From: Macrostomum lignano
Taxonomy: Eukaryota
Direction of reading: 5' to 3'
NCBI GenBank assembly: GCA_002269645.1
Contig: NIVC01003976.1
Coordinates: 2,949 to 66,948, forward strand
DNA: 64,000 nt
In this document: positions 1-13,790 of the stretch, in pieces
Layout: every line of letters starts with the position of its first letter
Position numbering within the stretch: position 1 is the stretch's first letter
Translations under genes and position numbers: made by a program
Notes under the pieces: generated by a model
The model's input: only the letters and a program-made list of their open reading frames with translations
The model's database searches: none
What the model was told of the DNA's origin: nothing

Positions 1-44
<44 letters not shown>

Positions 45-62
45 AGTCAGTCTGTCAGTCTG
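1..62. repeat. (TGTC)n microsatellite
   Basis: Direct tetranucleotide repeat at the window start. Confidence 0.95.
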
Positions 63-564
63 TCTTCCTATCTTCCTATCTTCCTTTGAAGACACAATCG
101 GTATGTTATTGCCAAATTATGAACCAATTTACAGCAGAAACAGAGAGATGCACACGAACGTTTAATTTTAGTTATTCACAGAGTCGTTTGAGTTAATTCA
201 TTAATTATTAATTGACCACAAATGATCCACATATTACCGGAGAATAGACAGAGGTCTGGGGGGGGGGGTTAAAAATTACTTTTGAAAGACTGGCTTTGAA
301 TTCAGAACGAATGAGCCAACGACTTTTGGGGGAAGAGGGTCCGCCCGAGGGCATCGGATAGCAGGATGGGCCATCTGCTTGTCCCAGTATCCTTGGCTTT
401 CTTGCCGCGGCTACAACACTTGACTATTCAGAGGGAGAAGCGAGATGATGAGTCCTGGATGAGACGGTTTTGTGCGGATCCTTATTTGATTGACAGATTC
501 TTTGGCACTCTTAACATGGGACACTACTGTGAATTTTATAGCATGCCTTTAGGTGTGAAAGTCA

Positions 565-860
565 GAAAGACAGACACACTAGCAGCCACACAGACAGACA
601 CACATAAAGACAGCCAGACACACAGCCAGACACACAAGCAGACACACAGGCAGACACACAGGCAGACACACAGACACACAGGCAGACACACAGGCAGACA
701 CAGAGGCAGACACACGCACAGACACACAGACACACAGGCAGACATGCAGACACACATACAGACACACAGACAGACACTCAGGCAGAAACTGAGGCAGACA
801 CACAGGCAGACACACAGGCAGACACACAGACAGACACTCAGGCAGACACACAGGCAGACA
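565..860. repeat. ~12-bp ACACACAGGCAG-type repeat directly after the splice donor of the nuclear receptor exon
   Basis: Tandem CAGACACA/CAGGCAGA units. They generate the VCL/THRQ ORFs in the track. Confidence 0.9.
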
Positions 861-865
861 CTCAC

Positions 866-1469
866 AGTCAGCCTGCACGCCCAGCTGTCCGGCAGTGAGC
901 AGCAGCAGCTCAGGCCAGGCCTGTCTTGCCAGCCTCAGGCGCTCAGGCGGCGCCAGCCGGGCGAAGCCGGGCAGCCGCTGGGCCCAGACCAGCCCGGCCT
1001 GCAGCAGTCGGCCAGTCAAGCAGCCACCGTCGTCCGCCTCCGTCGCAGCAGAAACGGCCGCAGCCGGCGGTCCCGGCGCAGCCCACCAGGGCCACGGCGG
1101 TGCCAGCAGCGCCCTCGAGACCGACGGGGTCGACGTCGTTGTCGTTGTCGCCGAAGCGCCTCAGTGTCGGTGCCTTCACCGCTGTCAACACGTCGTCGTC
1201 TGATGCTGAGATCTTCCACCAGGGCTGTCTCGTCTTCGTCTTCGTCGTCGTTGTCGTCGTTCGACATCATCTCGTCGATCCTCGACGTGGCGTCAGGTCC
1301 GCTGTTCTGCCGGATCAGCTGACACCCGGCGGCGGCCAGCATCGGGTGCTGCGGCTGCGGACTCGGCCAGATCGGTGGAATCCGGTGCTGCTGCCTGAAG
1401 TTGGCAGCCGCCGCCGCAGGGTTGGCCGGAAAGCCGGTTTGAAATGCCGGCTGGTAGAAGCTGGGCAGC
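866..1469 (-). CDS. NR2E-like nuclear receptor, coding exon 4 (hinge and start of ligand-binding domain); gene continues left of the window
   Basis: Acceptor tcattcag| at 1470, donor |gtgagt at 865. Phase matches exon 3 (ACC AG|G CTG). Ends with LTGRLLQAGLVWAQRLPGFARLAPPERLRLARQAWPELLLL, the helix 3-5 LBD signature (W A..LP.F..L...DQ..LL..AW.EL). One frameshift near 1150-1165. Confidence 0.85.
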
Positions 1470-1574
1470 CTGAATGATTTTTATGAGCTGAGATTGAGTC
1501 TGGGAAGAGCTTGGGAGAGAGACAGAATTCTACGGATTGCTGAATGAGGGAAAGATAGATGTAATGTAGATATG

Positions 1575-2036
1575 AGAGAGATCTGAGAAAGATACATATG
1601 GGAGAGGCGAGAGAGAGATCAGATGGAGATCAGAGAGAGACCAGAGGCAGATCAGAGAGAGAGACTATAGGGAGACCAGAGGGAGATCAGAGAGAGATCA
1701 GAGAGAGATCAGAGAGAGATCAGATGGAGACCAGAGAGAGATCAGAGGGAGATCAGAGAGAGACCAAAGAGAGATCAAAGAGATCAGAGAGAGACCAGGG
1801 GCAGATCAAAGAGATCAGAGAGAGACCAGAGGGAGACCAGAGAGAGATCAGAGGGAGATCAGAGAGAGACCAAAGAGAGATCAGATGGAGACCAGAGGGA
1901 GACCAAAGAGAGATCAGAGGGAGATCAGAGAGAGACCAAAGAGAGATCAAAGAGATCAGAGGGAGATCAGAGAGAGATCAGAGAGAGCCCAGAGAGAGAC
2001 CAGGGGCAGATCAGAGAGAGAGATCAGAGGGAGATC
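1575..2036. repeat. Purine-rich GAGAGAGATCAGA degenerate tandem repeat
   Basis: Visible tandem units. The ERSERDQ ORF is a by-product. Confidence 0.9.
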
Positions 2037-3142
2037 AGGTTAAAGAGCAAACATGAACAGTTCTGAATCACAGAAAACTTTTTAAATTTTTTTAAGTAGC
2101 AGCGGCTGACGGACCGAAGGCAGAAACAATAAACAGTGACTAATTAATAATCTGTGAAACTGCACTGAGCACTATAGCAGACCCGCCAGTCAATAGTCAT
2201 TGTGAGGAAGCGATCGATTTTGATGTTGACGACTACTTGAGCAAGGATCTGAACAAATAACCTCAAGGATCTGACCAGCAGCTCAAGTCCCAGTCTGCTC
2301 TGAGCTCAGCAGCAGCAGCAGCAGCATAGTTGAGGCACACTTGAGACTCGGATTGTTTTTCCAAGCAATGGGTGTTGACTTGGCCTGCTCAGGAGAGTCT
2401 GGAGAGCACGCTGAGCCCATGCTAGGCGCTTAATTATTTGGTAAACGTTTGGCTGCAAACCCGCGCATGGCGTCAAGTTCCCATGGGTGAGTGTAGAGGA
2501 TGATGATGACTGCATTGATCGCTTCTGGATGGGGTAAGGTGGGGGAGGAGGAAAACTTCTCAGCCTCCCTCTCTCCTCATCTTCTCGCTTCAAGATGACC
2601 TGTCGTCGTCTTCAGGCCGTCCGTGAGGCTGCGACTGCTCAGAAGCTTATGGGGGTGCCCGGTTCAGAAGGGAACTTGAGCACCTCCCACAGACCTGCTC
2701 AGGGTTAATTAAGACCGCGGGACCAAGTCAATCCCCACGCACACACGCGGCCGTCTCCTCTGGGCTTCTCCAAGACCAAAGCAAACACTCGACTCTGACT
2801 TGGCGGACTCGAACGCCCCCGGTCCCCGCTTTTTTAAGGAGTTGAGAGAAAAGGTGAAAAGATTTATTAACATTTTCCGCCTTTTCTGACCGACTGCTTC
2901 AAATGTTTATGCACACAATAATGTCGATTTAAAATACATTGTCGGGGTTATGAATACTTGACTGTTATTGTCACCTGACAGTCGGTAGCATTATGTATTT
3001 ATTTTATTTTTATTTATTTACGTTTTTAAAGCCGAATTCAACTTTTGTCACCTCTTGGGCGTAGCAACCACCGATCTGAAGAGACAGTCGCGCATAACCT
3101 TAGAGAAAGGGTCGCCAACCTCAAGAGACGAAGAGCCGAGAT

Positions 3143-3888
3143 GAAGAGACAGGGGGGCACCAACCTGAAGAGACAGGGGGCGCCCAACCTAAGAGACAGG
3201 GGGCGCCCAACCTAAGAGACAGGGGGCGCCAACTTAAGAGACAGGGGGCGCCAACCTAAGAGACAGGGGGTGCCAACCTAAGAGACAGTGGCGCCCAACC
3301 TAATAGACAGTGGCGCCCAACCTAAGAGACAGTGGGCGCCAACTTAAGAGACAGAGGCGCCAATATGAAGAGACAGGGGACGCCAACCTAATAGACAGAG
3401 GACGACAACCTAAGAGACAGGGGGCGCCAACTTAAGAGACAGGGGGCGCCAACCTAAGAGACAGTGGCGCCAACCTAAGAGACAGGGGGCGCCAACCTAA
3501 GAGACAGGGGACGTCAACCTAATAGACAAGGGACGCTAACCTAAGAGACAGGGGGCGCCAACCTAAGAGACAGGGGCGCCAACCTAAGAGACAGGGGCGC
3601 CAATATGAAGAGACAGGGGCGCCAACCTAAGAGACAGGGGCGCCAATATGAAGAGACAGGGGCGCCAATATGAAGAGACAGGGGGCGCAAACCTAAGAGA
3701 CAGTGGCGCCAACCTAAGAGACAGGGGGCGCCAACCTAAGAGACAGGGGACGCCAACCTAATAGACAAGGGACGCCAACCTAAGAGACAGGGGGCGCCAA
3801 CCTAAGAGACAGGGGGCGCCAACCTAAGAGACAGGGGCGCCAATATGAAGAGACAGGGGTGCCAACCTAAGAGACAGGGGCGCCAATC
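3143..3888. repeat. 21-23 bp minisatellite AACCTAAGAGACAGGGGGCGCC
   Basis: About 33 tandem units. Confidence 0.95.
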
Positions 3889-4609
3889 TGAAGAATCTGA
3901 GAGTCAAAGCCGCTGTACACTCCTGTGTGAGTGTGTGCCTGTGCGTATGACTGCGTACGTATCCGCGCGCTTGTGTGCCTGCTCAGGGGGAGTCGGCGGA
4001 ATGGGCAGCAATGCCTGTCGCCTATGCATAGGTAAGGTTTTGCACAAGTGTGTGTGCGTGAAGTCGCGATCAATAAGGAAGTTTAGCTGGAAAAACGTGT
4101 TTCAGAGTGAAGGTGATGAAGGAAATCAATCCAGCCTCTCTCCGTGTGGCAGAAATGTAGTGTGTTTGGAGTTGGTGTTCTTGAGCTGGATAAGCATATT
4201 CATGATTAACACCGCTTTGCACCAGATTTTGTACACCCTATACATTAGTAGCCTACTAATTGCTCCGATTGCTAAGATGCAAGCGCTTTAGTAGTTATGA
4301 TTCATATTTTAATGGTGGGGATAAGTGAGTGACTTAGTGGGGAAGTGGGAGAGGATCACGTGTGGCAGGTGCCAGGGCCTCGGAGACGCTACACCCCATC
4401 CTCATTATCAACTCTTGAAATTGGCACACCTTGACAGCGGCTTATCCTGATTTCGGGTCAGCCTCTCCAGACTGCCTATCCCCCGTCCTAACTCGGATCC
4501 CCGATTAGGATCTATTGATCGGCTGTTATTGGTGTGAGTAAAGCCACTTGTGTCGGGTGCTCAGGACTGCAGGCTAACAGAGGCCGGCTGCCCAGCTTAG
4601 AGACTAGAG

Positions 4610-4971
<362 letters not shown>

Positions 4972-4976
4972 CGCAC

Positions 4977-5202
4977 CTGGTCCTGTCAATCACCGCAGGA
5001 AATCCGGCAGAGAAGAAGCCGTCAAACAGAGCGGCTGCAGCGGCAGCAGCGGCAGCGGCAGTCTGCGGCGGATGGAAAACCGGGCCAGCAGCTGACCCGC
5101 TGACTCCGCCGCCGCCAACCTGTCCGGGAATCTGCAGCGAGCTGTCCGGGCTGTCCTGCTTGCTGTACTGCAGACACCTTGGTGCTCTCTCGTGCTGCAC
5201 GG
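4977..5202 (-). CDS. NR2E-like nuclear receptor, coding exon 3 (T-box AVQHERAPR and hinge)
   Basis: Acceptor cacttcag|, donor |gtgcgt. Joining to exon 2 gives MNRD-AVQHERAPR, the NR2 T-box. Confidence 0.9.
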
Positions 5203-5659
5203 CTGAAGTGATTTGGGATTGGGATTTTCAGATGTGAGGAAACTTCACTGCGCATTGAGAAAAGCGTGGATCATGTCTGGCTTGGAGCGAATTCCTGAAC
5301 AAGGATTTCCTGAGCATCGATTGGTTCATCAACTGAAGCGTTGCAGCGATACTTGGACACGCCTTGATGAACCGAAATTATTTCAGGGATTGCTTCATAG
5401 AGGATGTTCCAGTTTGATCCAGTTCCCTGATTCGGTTCAGCTTTCACTGCCTGTCAGTCACATCGATTTTTTAAGAAACTGTCTCATCACCCTCTGCTTC
5501 ATATTTTTTGCAACTTGAGCTTGACACCTTTTTCTTGTTACTGCAATGCACTATGATTGAGCAAGTTGAGCCTAAGTGGTCAGGCAGCATTTCCAGTGAC
5601 GTTTTAAGTTCTAATAAATTTTGAGAAAATGAAATATGTCTCCAAGAAACATGAAATAT

Positions 5660-6060
5660 CTAAGAGACAGTGGCGCCAACCTAAGAGACAGTGGCGACAA
5701 CCTAAGAGACAGTGGTGCCAACCTAAGAGACAGTGGTGCCAACCTAAGAGAAAGTGGCGCCAACCTAAGAGACAGTGGTGCCAACCTAAGAGACAGTGGC
5801 GCCAACCTAAGACAGTGGCGACAACCTAAGAGAAAGTGGCGACAACCTAAGAGAAAGTGGCGCCAACCTAAGAGACAGTGGCGCTAACCTAAGAGACAGT
5901 GGCGCCAACCTAAGAGACAGTGGCGCCAAGCTAAGAGACAGTGGTGCCAACCTAAAAGACAGTGGCGCCAACCTAAGAGACAGTGTCGCCAGCCTAAGAG
6001 ACAGTGGCGCCAGCCTAAGAGACAGTGGCGCCAGCCTAAGAGAGAGGAGTGCCCAACCTA
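5660..6060. repeat. 21-bp minisatellite AACCTAAGAGACAGTGGCGCC
   Basis: Same family as 3143-3888. Confidence 0.95.
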
Positions 6061-6085
6061 AAAATTATGAGCACTCACTTAGGAC

Positions 6086-6992
6086 GCACCAAGAAAACCC
6101 ACAAAGACACATGAGAACCCACCAAGACACATGAGAACCCACCAAGACACATGAGAACCCACCAAGACACATGAGAACCCACCAAGACACATGAGAACCC
6201 ACCAAGACACATGAGAACCCACCAAGACACATGAGAAGCCACCAAGACACATGAGAAGCCACCAAGACACATGAGAAGCCACCAAGACACATGAGAAGCC
6301 ACCAAGACACATGAGAAGCCACCAAGACACATGAGAAGCCACCAAGACACATGAGAAGCCACCAAGACACATGAGAAGCCACAAAGACACCTGAAAAGCC
6401 ACCAAGACACATGAGAACCCACAAAGACACCTGAAAAGCCACCAAGACACATGAGAACCCACAAAGACACCTGAAAAGCCACCAAGACACATGAGAACCC
6501 ACAAAGACACCTGAAAAGCCACCAAGACACATGAGAAGCCACAAAGACACATGAGAACCCACAAAGACACATGAGAAGCCACCAAGACACATGAGAAGCC
6601 ACCAGCCACCAAGACACATGAGAAGCCACCAAGACACATGAGAACCCACAAAGACACCTGAAAAGCCACCAAGACACATGAGAACCCACAAAGACACCTG
6701 AAAAGCCACCAAGACACATGAGAAGCCACAAAGACACATGAGAACCCACAAAGACACATGAAAAGCCACCAAGACACATGAGAACCCACAAAGACACCTG
6801 AAAAGCCACCAAGACACATGAGAAGCCACAAAGACACATGAGAACCCACAAAGACACATGAAAAGCCACCAAGACACATGAGAAGCCACCAGCCACCAAG
6901 ACACATGAGAAGCCACCAGCCACCAAGACACATGAGAAGCCACCAAGACACATGAGAACCCACAAAGACACATGAAAAGCCACCAAGACACA
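6086..6992. repeat. 20-bp minisatellite ACCAAGACACATGAGAAGCC
   Basis: About 45 units. Explains three overlapping ~300-aa pseudo-ORFs. Confidence 0.97.
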
Positions 6993-7501
6993 TGAGTGTG
7001 TACAAAAATTCTAGTTAGTAGATCACAAAACTCCTAAACAAGTCTGCTTCTTCAACTCTCCCGCGAAAGATCTTTGAACGCTATTCGATTGATAAGCAGA
7101 GCTGCACCGTGAAAGTAGCCACCTGGTCCGCTATGGCTCAAGACTTCAGATTTCAGTATGTTCCAGAAATCACGGCTAGGTATAATACAAATATTGCTTA
7201 GCTAGCTGTATGAAAAGGCATGGGAATGCGACACAAGTTCGGGGATCTCTGAGCAATTCAAGGCTATGCTGGGGGGGGGGGTTGTGTATGGGGGAGAGAG
7301 ATAAAGAACAAGAAGGCAGTTTAGTGAGATCGGCCCGGCCCCTGCATGGGTCTTCGAATTTTCAGTTTAGCAATCACTCCACCTCTTTGCTCTTTCGGCA
7401 ATTCTAGATTTTGAAATTCTTCTAGAGATGAAGAATTGGGCAGATATCGATCCTATTATAATAACTTATTAATCCAGTATGGCCCGTTAAATCGTTTGGC
7501 T

Positions 7502-7890
7502 CTATGATCCCTATGATCCCTATGATACTCTATGATCCCCAATGATCCCCTATGATCTCCTATGATCTATATAATACCTAATGATCCCCTATTATCCTTC
7601 GTCATCCCTATGATCCTTCATGATCCCTATGATCCCCTATTTTTTTCTATGATCCTCTTAGATCTACAATAATCCCCTATGATCCCCTATAAACCCCTAT
7701 GGGGGATAATATAGGAGATAGGAGATATAAACCCCTATGATCTCTATGATCCCCAATGATCCCCAATGATCCCCAATGATCCCCAATGATCCCCAATGAT
7801 CTTCTATGTGATCCTCCTGTATGATCCCCTATTATCTCAATGATCTCTTCTACTCTAAGATCCCCTAATGATCCTCTATACGATTCCCTA
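7502..7890. repeat. ~10-bp TATGATCCCC degenerate repeat
   Basis: Tandem units visible. Confidence 0.85.
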
Positions 7891-7992
7891 TTATCTCCGA
7901 GTGGTCAATTTAGTGGTGTCCCCAGCGGCCCTGCAATGATGCAGACTCGAACCTCATTAGTAGCTCCTAAACTGAACTTCAATTTAACTTAC

Positions 7993-8282
7993 CGTCCCTA
8001 TTCATTCTGACCATGAGGCACTTCCGGTACCTGCAGGCCTGGCACTGGTTCCGCCTAGCAACATCCACGGGCAGTCGCCGGACTCTTTGCAAACGTACTC
8101 CAGACTGCGGCGGACGGAGCGTTTAAAGAAACCGCGACATCCATCGCAGCTCAGCACCCCGTAGTGCTTGCCGGAGGCTCGGTCGCCACACACGAGGCAT
8201 TGAGCCTCTTGATGCTGGCCCTGCTCCTGCGGCTGCAGCGACGACTGCTGTTGCCTTTTTACCGGAGGCCCAGTGGTTTCGG
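7993..8282 (-). CDS. NR2E-like nuclear receptor, coding exon 2 (C4 zinc-finger DNA-binding domain)
   Basis: [44 protein letters not shown], then after a 1-base shift at the C-run 8069-8071, [25 protein letters not shown]. Acceptor aaaacag|, donor |gtaagt. Confidence 0.93.
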
Positions 8283-8374
8283 CTGTTTTTGTGTGTGCAT
8301 GGTACAGGAGAACCGGTTGAAATTCCATAATAGTAATAGACGATGTGTGATAAAAAAACGATAATCATACAGTT

Positions 8375-8828
8375 TACAGGTGTGAACTAGGCTAGGCAAT
8401 AAAACTATAATTGTACAGGTGTGAGGCTATAGGCAATAAAACTATAATTGTACAGGTGTGAGGCTAGGCAATAAAACAATAATTGTACAGGTGCGAGGCT
8501 ATAGGCAATAAAACTATAATTGTACAGGTGCGAGGCTATAGGCAATAAAACTATAATTGTACAGGTGTGAGGCTATAGGCAATAAAACTATAATTGTACA
8601 GGTGTGAGGCTATAGGCAATAAAATTATAATTGTACAGGTGTGAGGCTAGGCAATAAAACTATATTTGTACAGGTGCGAGGCTATAGGCAATAAAACTAT
8701 AATTGTACAGGTGTGAGGCCAGGCACTAAAACTATAATTGTACAGGTGTGAGGCTATAGGCAATAAAACCACAATTGTACAGGTGCGAGGCTATAGGCAA
8801 TAAAACCATAATTGTACAGTTGCGAGGC
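8375..8828. repeat. 35-37 bp minisatellite TGTACAGGTGTGAGGCTATAGGCAATAAAACTATAAT
   Basis: About 12 units filling nuclear receptor intron 1. Confidence 0.95.
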
Positions 8829-8887
8829 TGCTATTCTAATTAAAACTACTACAGGTTACACAGACAATGATTCATACGTTACTTCAC

Positions 8888-9008
8888 CTGGAGATCGACT
8901 CCGCAATTTTGACTGGCCTGGCAGCTGAAGCAGCCTCACGGTAGATCTTCCCTGTAGTTTAGTCGTTGATTTATCGACATCATTGTCCGCCTCATCGCTG
9001 CAATCCAT
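8888..9008 (-). CDS. NR2E-like nuclear receptor, probable coding exon 1 (MDCSDEADNDVDKS...)
   Basis: ATG at 9008, open to donor CCA G|gtgaag. Phase 1 matches the exon 2 acceptor (G|CC GAA). Confidence 0.6.
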
Positions 9009-9344
9009 GCTTCAGTTTAGCTGTGCAGTTAACTTTCCTCTTGTACTGTAGTTTAGGGAAGTTCAGAAGTAAAAATTCTCGACTTAAATTCGTTTATAAG
9101 ATCGCTGGAAAAATTGGGAGCAGGGAGACCGGGACCTGTGGGGTTGGCTATGCTTGAGTCGCGGGTCAGCCAGCCAATAGGATTCCGGCAATTTGTGCGG
9201 AGGTGGGGAGTGATGAACGAGCTTGATAGCGAGCTGCTTTCTTTGAGTCTGCTCCAATCCACGGTCACAAGTGATCTAATCTACATGTGTATAGTAACAT
9301 CATGGAACTCCTTGTATAGATATGTAATGCATGTAGACTACCAA

Positions 9345-9545
9345 ACTCACCCCAATGTCACCATATCTCACCTCAATGTCACCAATATCTCACCCCAATG
9401 TTACCAATATCTCACCCCAATGTCACCAATATCTCACCCAATGCCACTAATATCTCACCCAATGTCACCAAAATCACCCAAATGTCACCAAAATCACACC
9501 AATATCACCAAAATCACCCCAATGTCACTAATATCATTAATCTCA
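9345..9545. repeat. ~22-bp CACCAATATCTCACCCCAATGT repeat
   Basis: Degenerate tandem units. Confidence 0.85.
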
Positions 9546-9824
9546 TCAATATCATGTCTTGTAAAGGTTTCGAGGTGTTTGTTGATACTGGATGGTTAAA
9601 TCTTTTAGGCGATGTGAAACATAGTTCCTTGCGATTTGTGAAATCAAATGCTATTGAAAATCACGTTTTTAGCCACATTGATGATATATAATTGTTTGTC
9701 AACATCCTACTGCCCATTAAGTCTCAGTAGCAAAGTTAGAATATTTTAGTGATAATTTCTTGGATCTGCATCTCTAATTACGTATTCAAATTAATTTTAA
9801 CCTTTTAAGTCCCAATGAGAGAGT

Positions 9825-12800
9825 GTTAATTCCGCGCTAAATTTTCGCCTGAGAGAGTGTTTAATCGGCGCTAAAGCTAAAGTCTCGCCTGAGAGTGTGT
9901 TTAATCGGCGCTAAAGTCTCGCCTGAGAGTGTTTAATCGGTGCTAAACTCTCGTCTGAGAGTGTGTTTAATTAGCGCTAAACTCTCGCCTGAGAGTGTGT
10001 TTAATTAGCGCTAAACTCTCGCCTGAGAGTGTGTTTAATCGGCGCTAAAGCTAAAGTCTCACCTGAGAGTGTGTTTAATTGGCGCTAAACTCTAGCCTGA
10101 GAGTGTGTTTAATCGGCGCTAAAGCTAAAGTCTCGCCTGAGAGTGTGTTTAATCGGCGCTAAAGTCTCGCCTGAGAGTGTTTAATCGGCGCTAAACTCTC
10201 GCCTGAGAGTGTGTTTAATCGGTGCTAAACTCTCGTCTGAGAGTGTGTTTAATCGGCGCTAAACTCTCGTCTGAGAGTGTTTTAATCGGCGCTAAACTCT
10301 CGTCTGAGAGTGTTTTAATCGGCGCTAAACTCTCGTCTGAGAGTGTTTAATCGGCGCTAAACTCTCGTCTGAGAGTGTGTTTAATCGGCGCTAAACTCTC
10401 GTCTGAGAGTGTGTTTAATCGGCGCTGAACTCTCGCCTGAGAGTGTGTTTAATCGGCGCTAAACTCTCGTCTGAGAGTGTGTTTAATCGGCGCTGAACTC
10501 TCGCCTGAGAGTGTGTTTAATCGGCGCTAAACTCTCGTCTGAGAGTGTGTTTAATCGGCGCTGAACTCTCGCCTGAGAGTGTGTTTAATCGGCGCTAAAC
10601 TCTCGTCTGAGAGTGTTTAATCGGCGCTAAACTCTCGTCTGAGAGTGTGTTTAATCGGCGCTAAACTCTCGTCTGAGAGTGTGTTTAATCGGCGCTGAAC
10701 TCTCGCCTGAGAGTGTGTTTAATCGGCGCTAAACTCTCGTCTGAGAGTGTTTAATCGGCGCTAAACTCTCGTCTGAGAGTGTGTTTAATCGGCGCTAAAC
10801 TCTCGTCTGAGAGTGTGTTTAATCGGCGCTGAACTCTCGCCTGAGAGTGTGTTTAATCGGCGCTAAACTCTCGTCTGAGAGTGTTTAATCGGCGCTAAAC
10901 TCTCGTCTGAGAGTGTGTTTAATCGGCGCTGAACTCTCGCCTGAGAGTGTGTTTAATCGGCGCTAAACTCTGTCTGAGAGTGTTTAATCGGCGCTAAACT
11001 CTCGTCTGAGAGTGTGTTTAATCGGCGCTAAACTCTCGTCTGAGAGTGTGTTTAATCGGCGCTGAACTCTCGCCTGAGAGTGTGTTTAATCGGCGCTAAA
11101 CTCTCGTCTGAGAGTGTGTTTAATCGGCGCTGAACTCTCGCCTGAGAGTGTGTTTAATCGGCGCTAAACTCTCGTCTGAGAGTGTTTAATCGGCGCTAAA
11201 CTCTCGTCTGAGAGTGTGTTTAATCGGCGCTAAACTCTCGTCTGAGAGTGTTTTAATCGGCGCTAAACTCTCGTCTGAGAGAGTGTTTAATCGGCGCTAA
11301 ACTCTCGTCTGAGAGTGTGTTTAATCGGCGCTAAACTCTCGTCTGAGAGTGTGTTTAATCGGCGCTGAACTCTCGCCTGAGAGTGTGTTTAATCGGCGCT
11401 AAACTCTCGTCTGAGAGTGTTTAATCGGCGCTAAACTCTCGTCTGAGAGTGTGTTTAATCGGCGCTGAACTCTCGCCTGAGAGTGTGTTTAATCGGTGCT
11501 AAACTCTCGCCCGAGAGAGTGTTTAATCGGCGCTAAACTCTCGTCTGAGAGTGTGTTTAATCGGCGCTAAACTCTCGTCTGAGAGTGTGTTTAATCGGCG
11601 CTAAACTCTCGTCTGAGAGTGTTTAATCGGCGCTAAACTCTCGTCTGAGAGTGTGTTTAATCGGCGCTGAACTCTCGCCTGAGAGTGTGTTTAATCGGTG
11701 CTAAACTCTCGCCCGAGAGAGTGTTTAATCGGCGCTAAACTCTCGTCTGAGAGAGTGTTTAATCGGCGCTAAACTCTCGTCTGAGAGTGTGTTTAATCGG
11801 CGCTAAACTCTCGTCTGAGAGTGTTTTAATCGGCGCTAAACTCTCGTCTGAGAGTGTTTAATCGGCGCTAAACTCTCGTCTGAGAGTGTGTTTAATCGGC
11901 GCTAAACTCTCGTCTGAGAGTGTTTAATCGGCGCTAAACTCTCGTCTGAGAGTGTGTTTAATCGGCGCTAAACTCTGTCTGAGAGAGTGTTTAATCGGCG
12001 CTAAACTCTCGTCTGAGAGTGTGTTTAATCGGCGCTAAACTCTCGTCTGAGAGTGTGTTTAATCGGCGCTGAACTCTCGCCTGAGAGTGTGTTTAATCGG
12101 CGCTAAACTCTCGTCTGAGAGTGTTTAATCGGCGCTAAACTCTCGTCTGAGAGTGTGTTTAATCGGCGCTGAACTCTCGCCTGAGAGTGTGTTTAATCGG
12201 TGCTAAACTCTCGCCCGAGAGAGTGTTTAATCGGCGCTAAACTCTCGTCTGAGAGAGTGTTTAATCGGCGCTAAACTCTCGTCTGAGAGTGTGTTTAATC
12301 GGCGCTAAACTCTCGTCTGAGAGTGTTTAATCGGCGCTAAACTCTCGTCTGAGAGTGTGTTTAATCGGCGCTGAACTCTCGCCTGAGAGTGTGTTTAATC
12401 GGCGCTAAACTCTCGTCTGAGAGTGTTTAATCGGCGCTAAACTCTCGCCTGAGAGTGTGTTTAATCGGTGCTAAACTCTCGTCTGAGAGTGTGTTTAATC
12501 GGCGCTGAACTCTCGCCTGAGAGTGTGTTTAATCGGCGCTAAACTCTCGTCTGAGAGTGTTTAATCGGCGCTAAACTCTCGTCTGAGAGTGTGTTTAATC
12601 GGCGCTGAACTCTCGCCTGAGAGTGTGTTTAATCGGCGCTAAACTCTGTCTGAGAGTGTTTAATCGGCGCTAAACTCTCGTCTGAGAGTGTGTTTAATCG
12701 GCGCTAAACTCTCGTCTGAGAGAGTGTTTAATCGGCGCTAAACTCTCGTCTGAGAGAGTGTTTAATCGGCGCTGAACTCTCGTCTGAGAGTGTGTTTAAT

Positions 12801-13790
12801 CGGCGCTAAACTCTCGTCTGAGAGAGTGTTTAATCGGCGCTAAACTCTCGTCTGAGAGTGTGTTTAATCGGCGCTAAACTCTCGTCTGAGAGAGTGTTTA
12901 ATCGGCGCTAAACTCTCGTCTGAGAGTGTGTTTAATCGGCGCTAAACTCTCGTCTGAGAGAGTGTTTAATCGGCGCTAAACTCTCGTCTGAGAGTGTGTT
13001 TAATCGGCGCTAAACTCTGTCTGAGAGAGTGTTTAATCGGCGCTAAACTCTCGTCTGAGAGAGTGTTTAATCGGCGCTAAACTCTCGTCTGAGAGAGTGT
13101 TTAATCGGCGCTAAACTCTCGTCTGAGAGAGTGTTTAATCGGCGCTAAACTCTCGTCTGAGAGTGTGTTTAATCGGCGCTAAACTCTCGTCTGAGAGAGT
13201 GTTTAATCGGCGCTAAACTCTGTCTGAGAGAGTGTTTAATCGGCGCTAAACTCTCGTCTGAGAGAGTGTTTAATCGGCGCTAAACTCTCGTCTGAGAGAG
13301 TGTTTAATCGGCGCTAAACTCTGTCTGAGAGAGTGTTTAATCGGCGCTAAACTCTCGTCTGAGAGAGTGTTTAATCGGCGCTAAACTCTGTCTGAGAGAG
13401 TGTTTAATCGGCGCTAAACTCTGTCTGAGAGAGTGTTTAATCGGCGCTAAACTCTCGTCTGAGAGAGTGTTTAATCGGCGCTAAACTCTCGTCTGAGAGA
13501 GTGTTTAATCGGCGCTAAACTCTGTCTGAGAGAGTGTTTAATCGGCGCTAAACTCTCGTCTGAGAGAGTGTTTAATCGGCGCTAAACTCTCGTCTGAGAG
13601 TGTGTTTAATCGGCGCTAAACTCTCGTCTGAGAGAGTGTTTAATCGGCGCTAAACTCTGTCTGAGAGAGTGTTTAATCGGCGCTAAACTCTCGTCTGAGA
13701 GAGTGTTTAATCGGCGCTAAACTCTCGTCTGAGAGAGTGTTTAATCGGCGCTAAACTCTGTCTGAGAGAGTGTTTAATCGGCGCTAAACT
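9825..13790. repeat. ~4-kb satellite of 32-34 bp units AATCGGCGCTAAACTCTCGTCTGAGAGTGTGTTT
   Basis: More than 100 near-identical head-to-tail units, each with an ACTCTC-N4-GAGAGT palindrome. No spacers. Confidence 0.98.

Noticed and set aside
366-1477. Plus-strand ORFs of 318 and 183 aa
   Set aside because: Antisense shadow of the GC-rich receptor exon plus the adjacent microsatellite.
6065-7005. Three overlapping ~305-aa hydrophobic ORFs
   Set aside because: Translation of a 20-bp minisatellite in all three frames.
9825-13790. CRISPR-like array (palindromic ~34-bp repeats)
   Set aside because: Units are head-to-tail with no unique spacers, there are no cas genes, and the context is a spliced eukaryotic genome.
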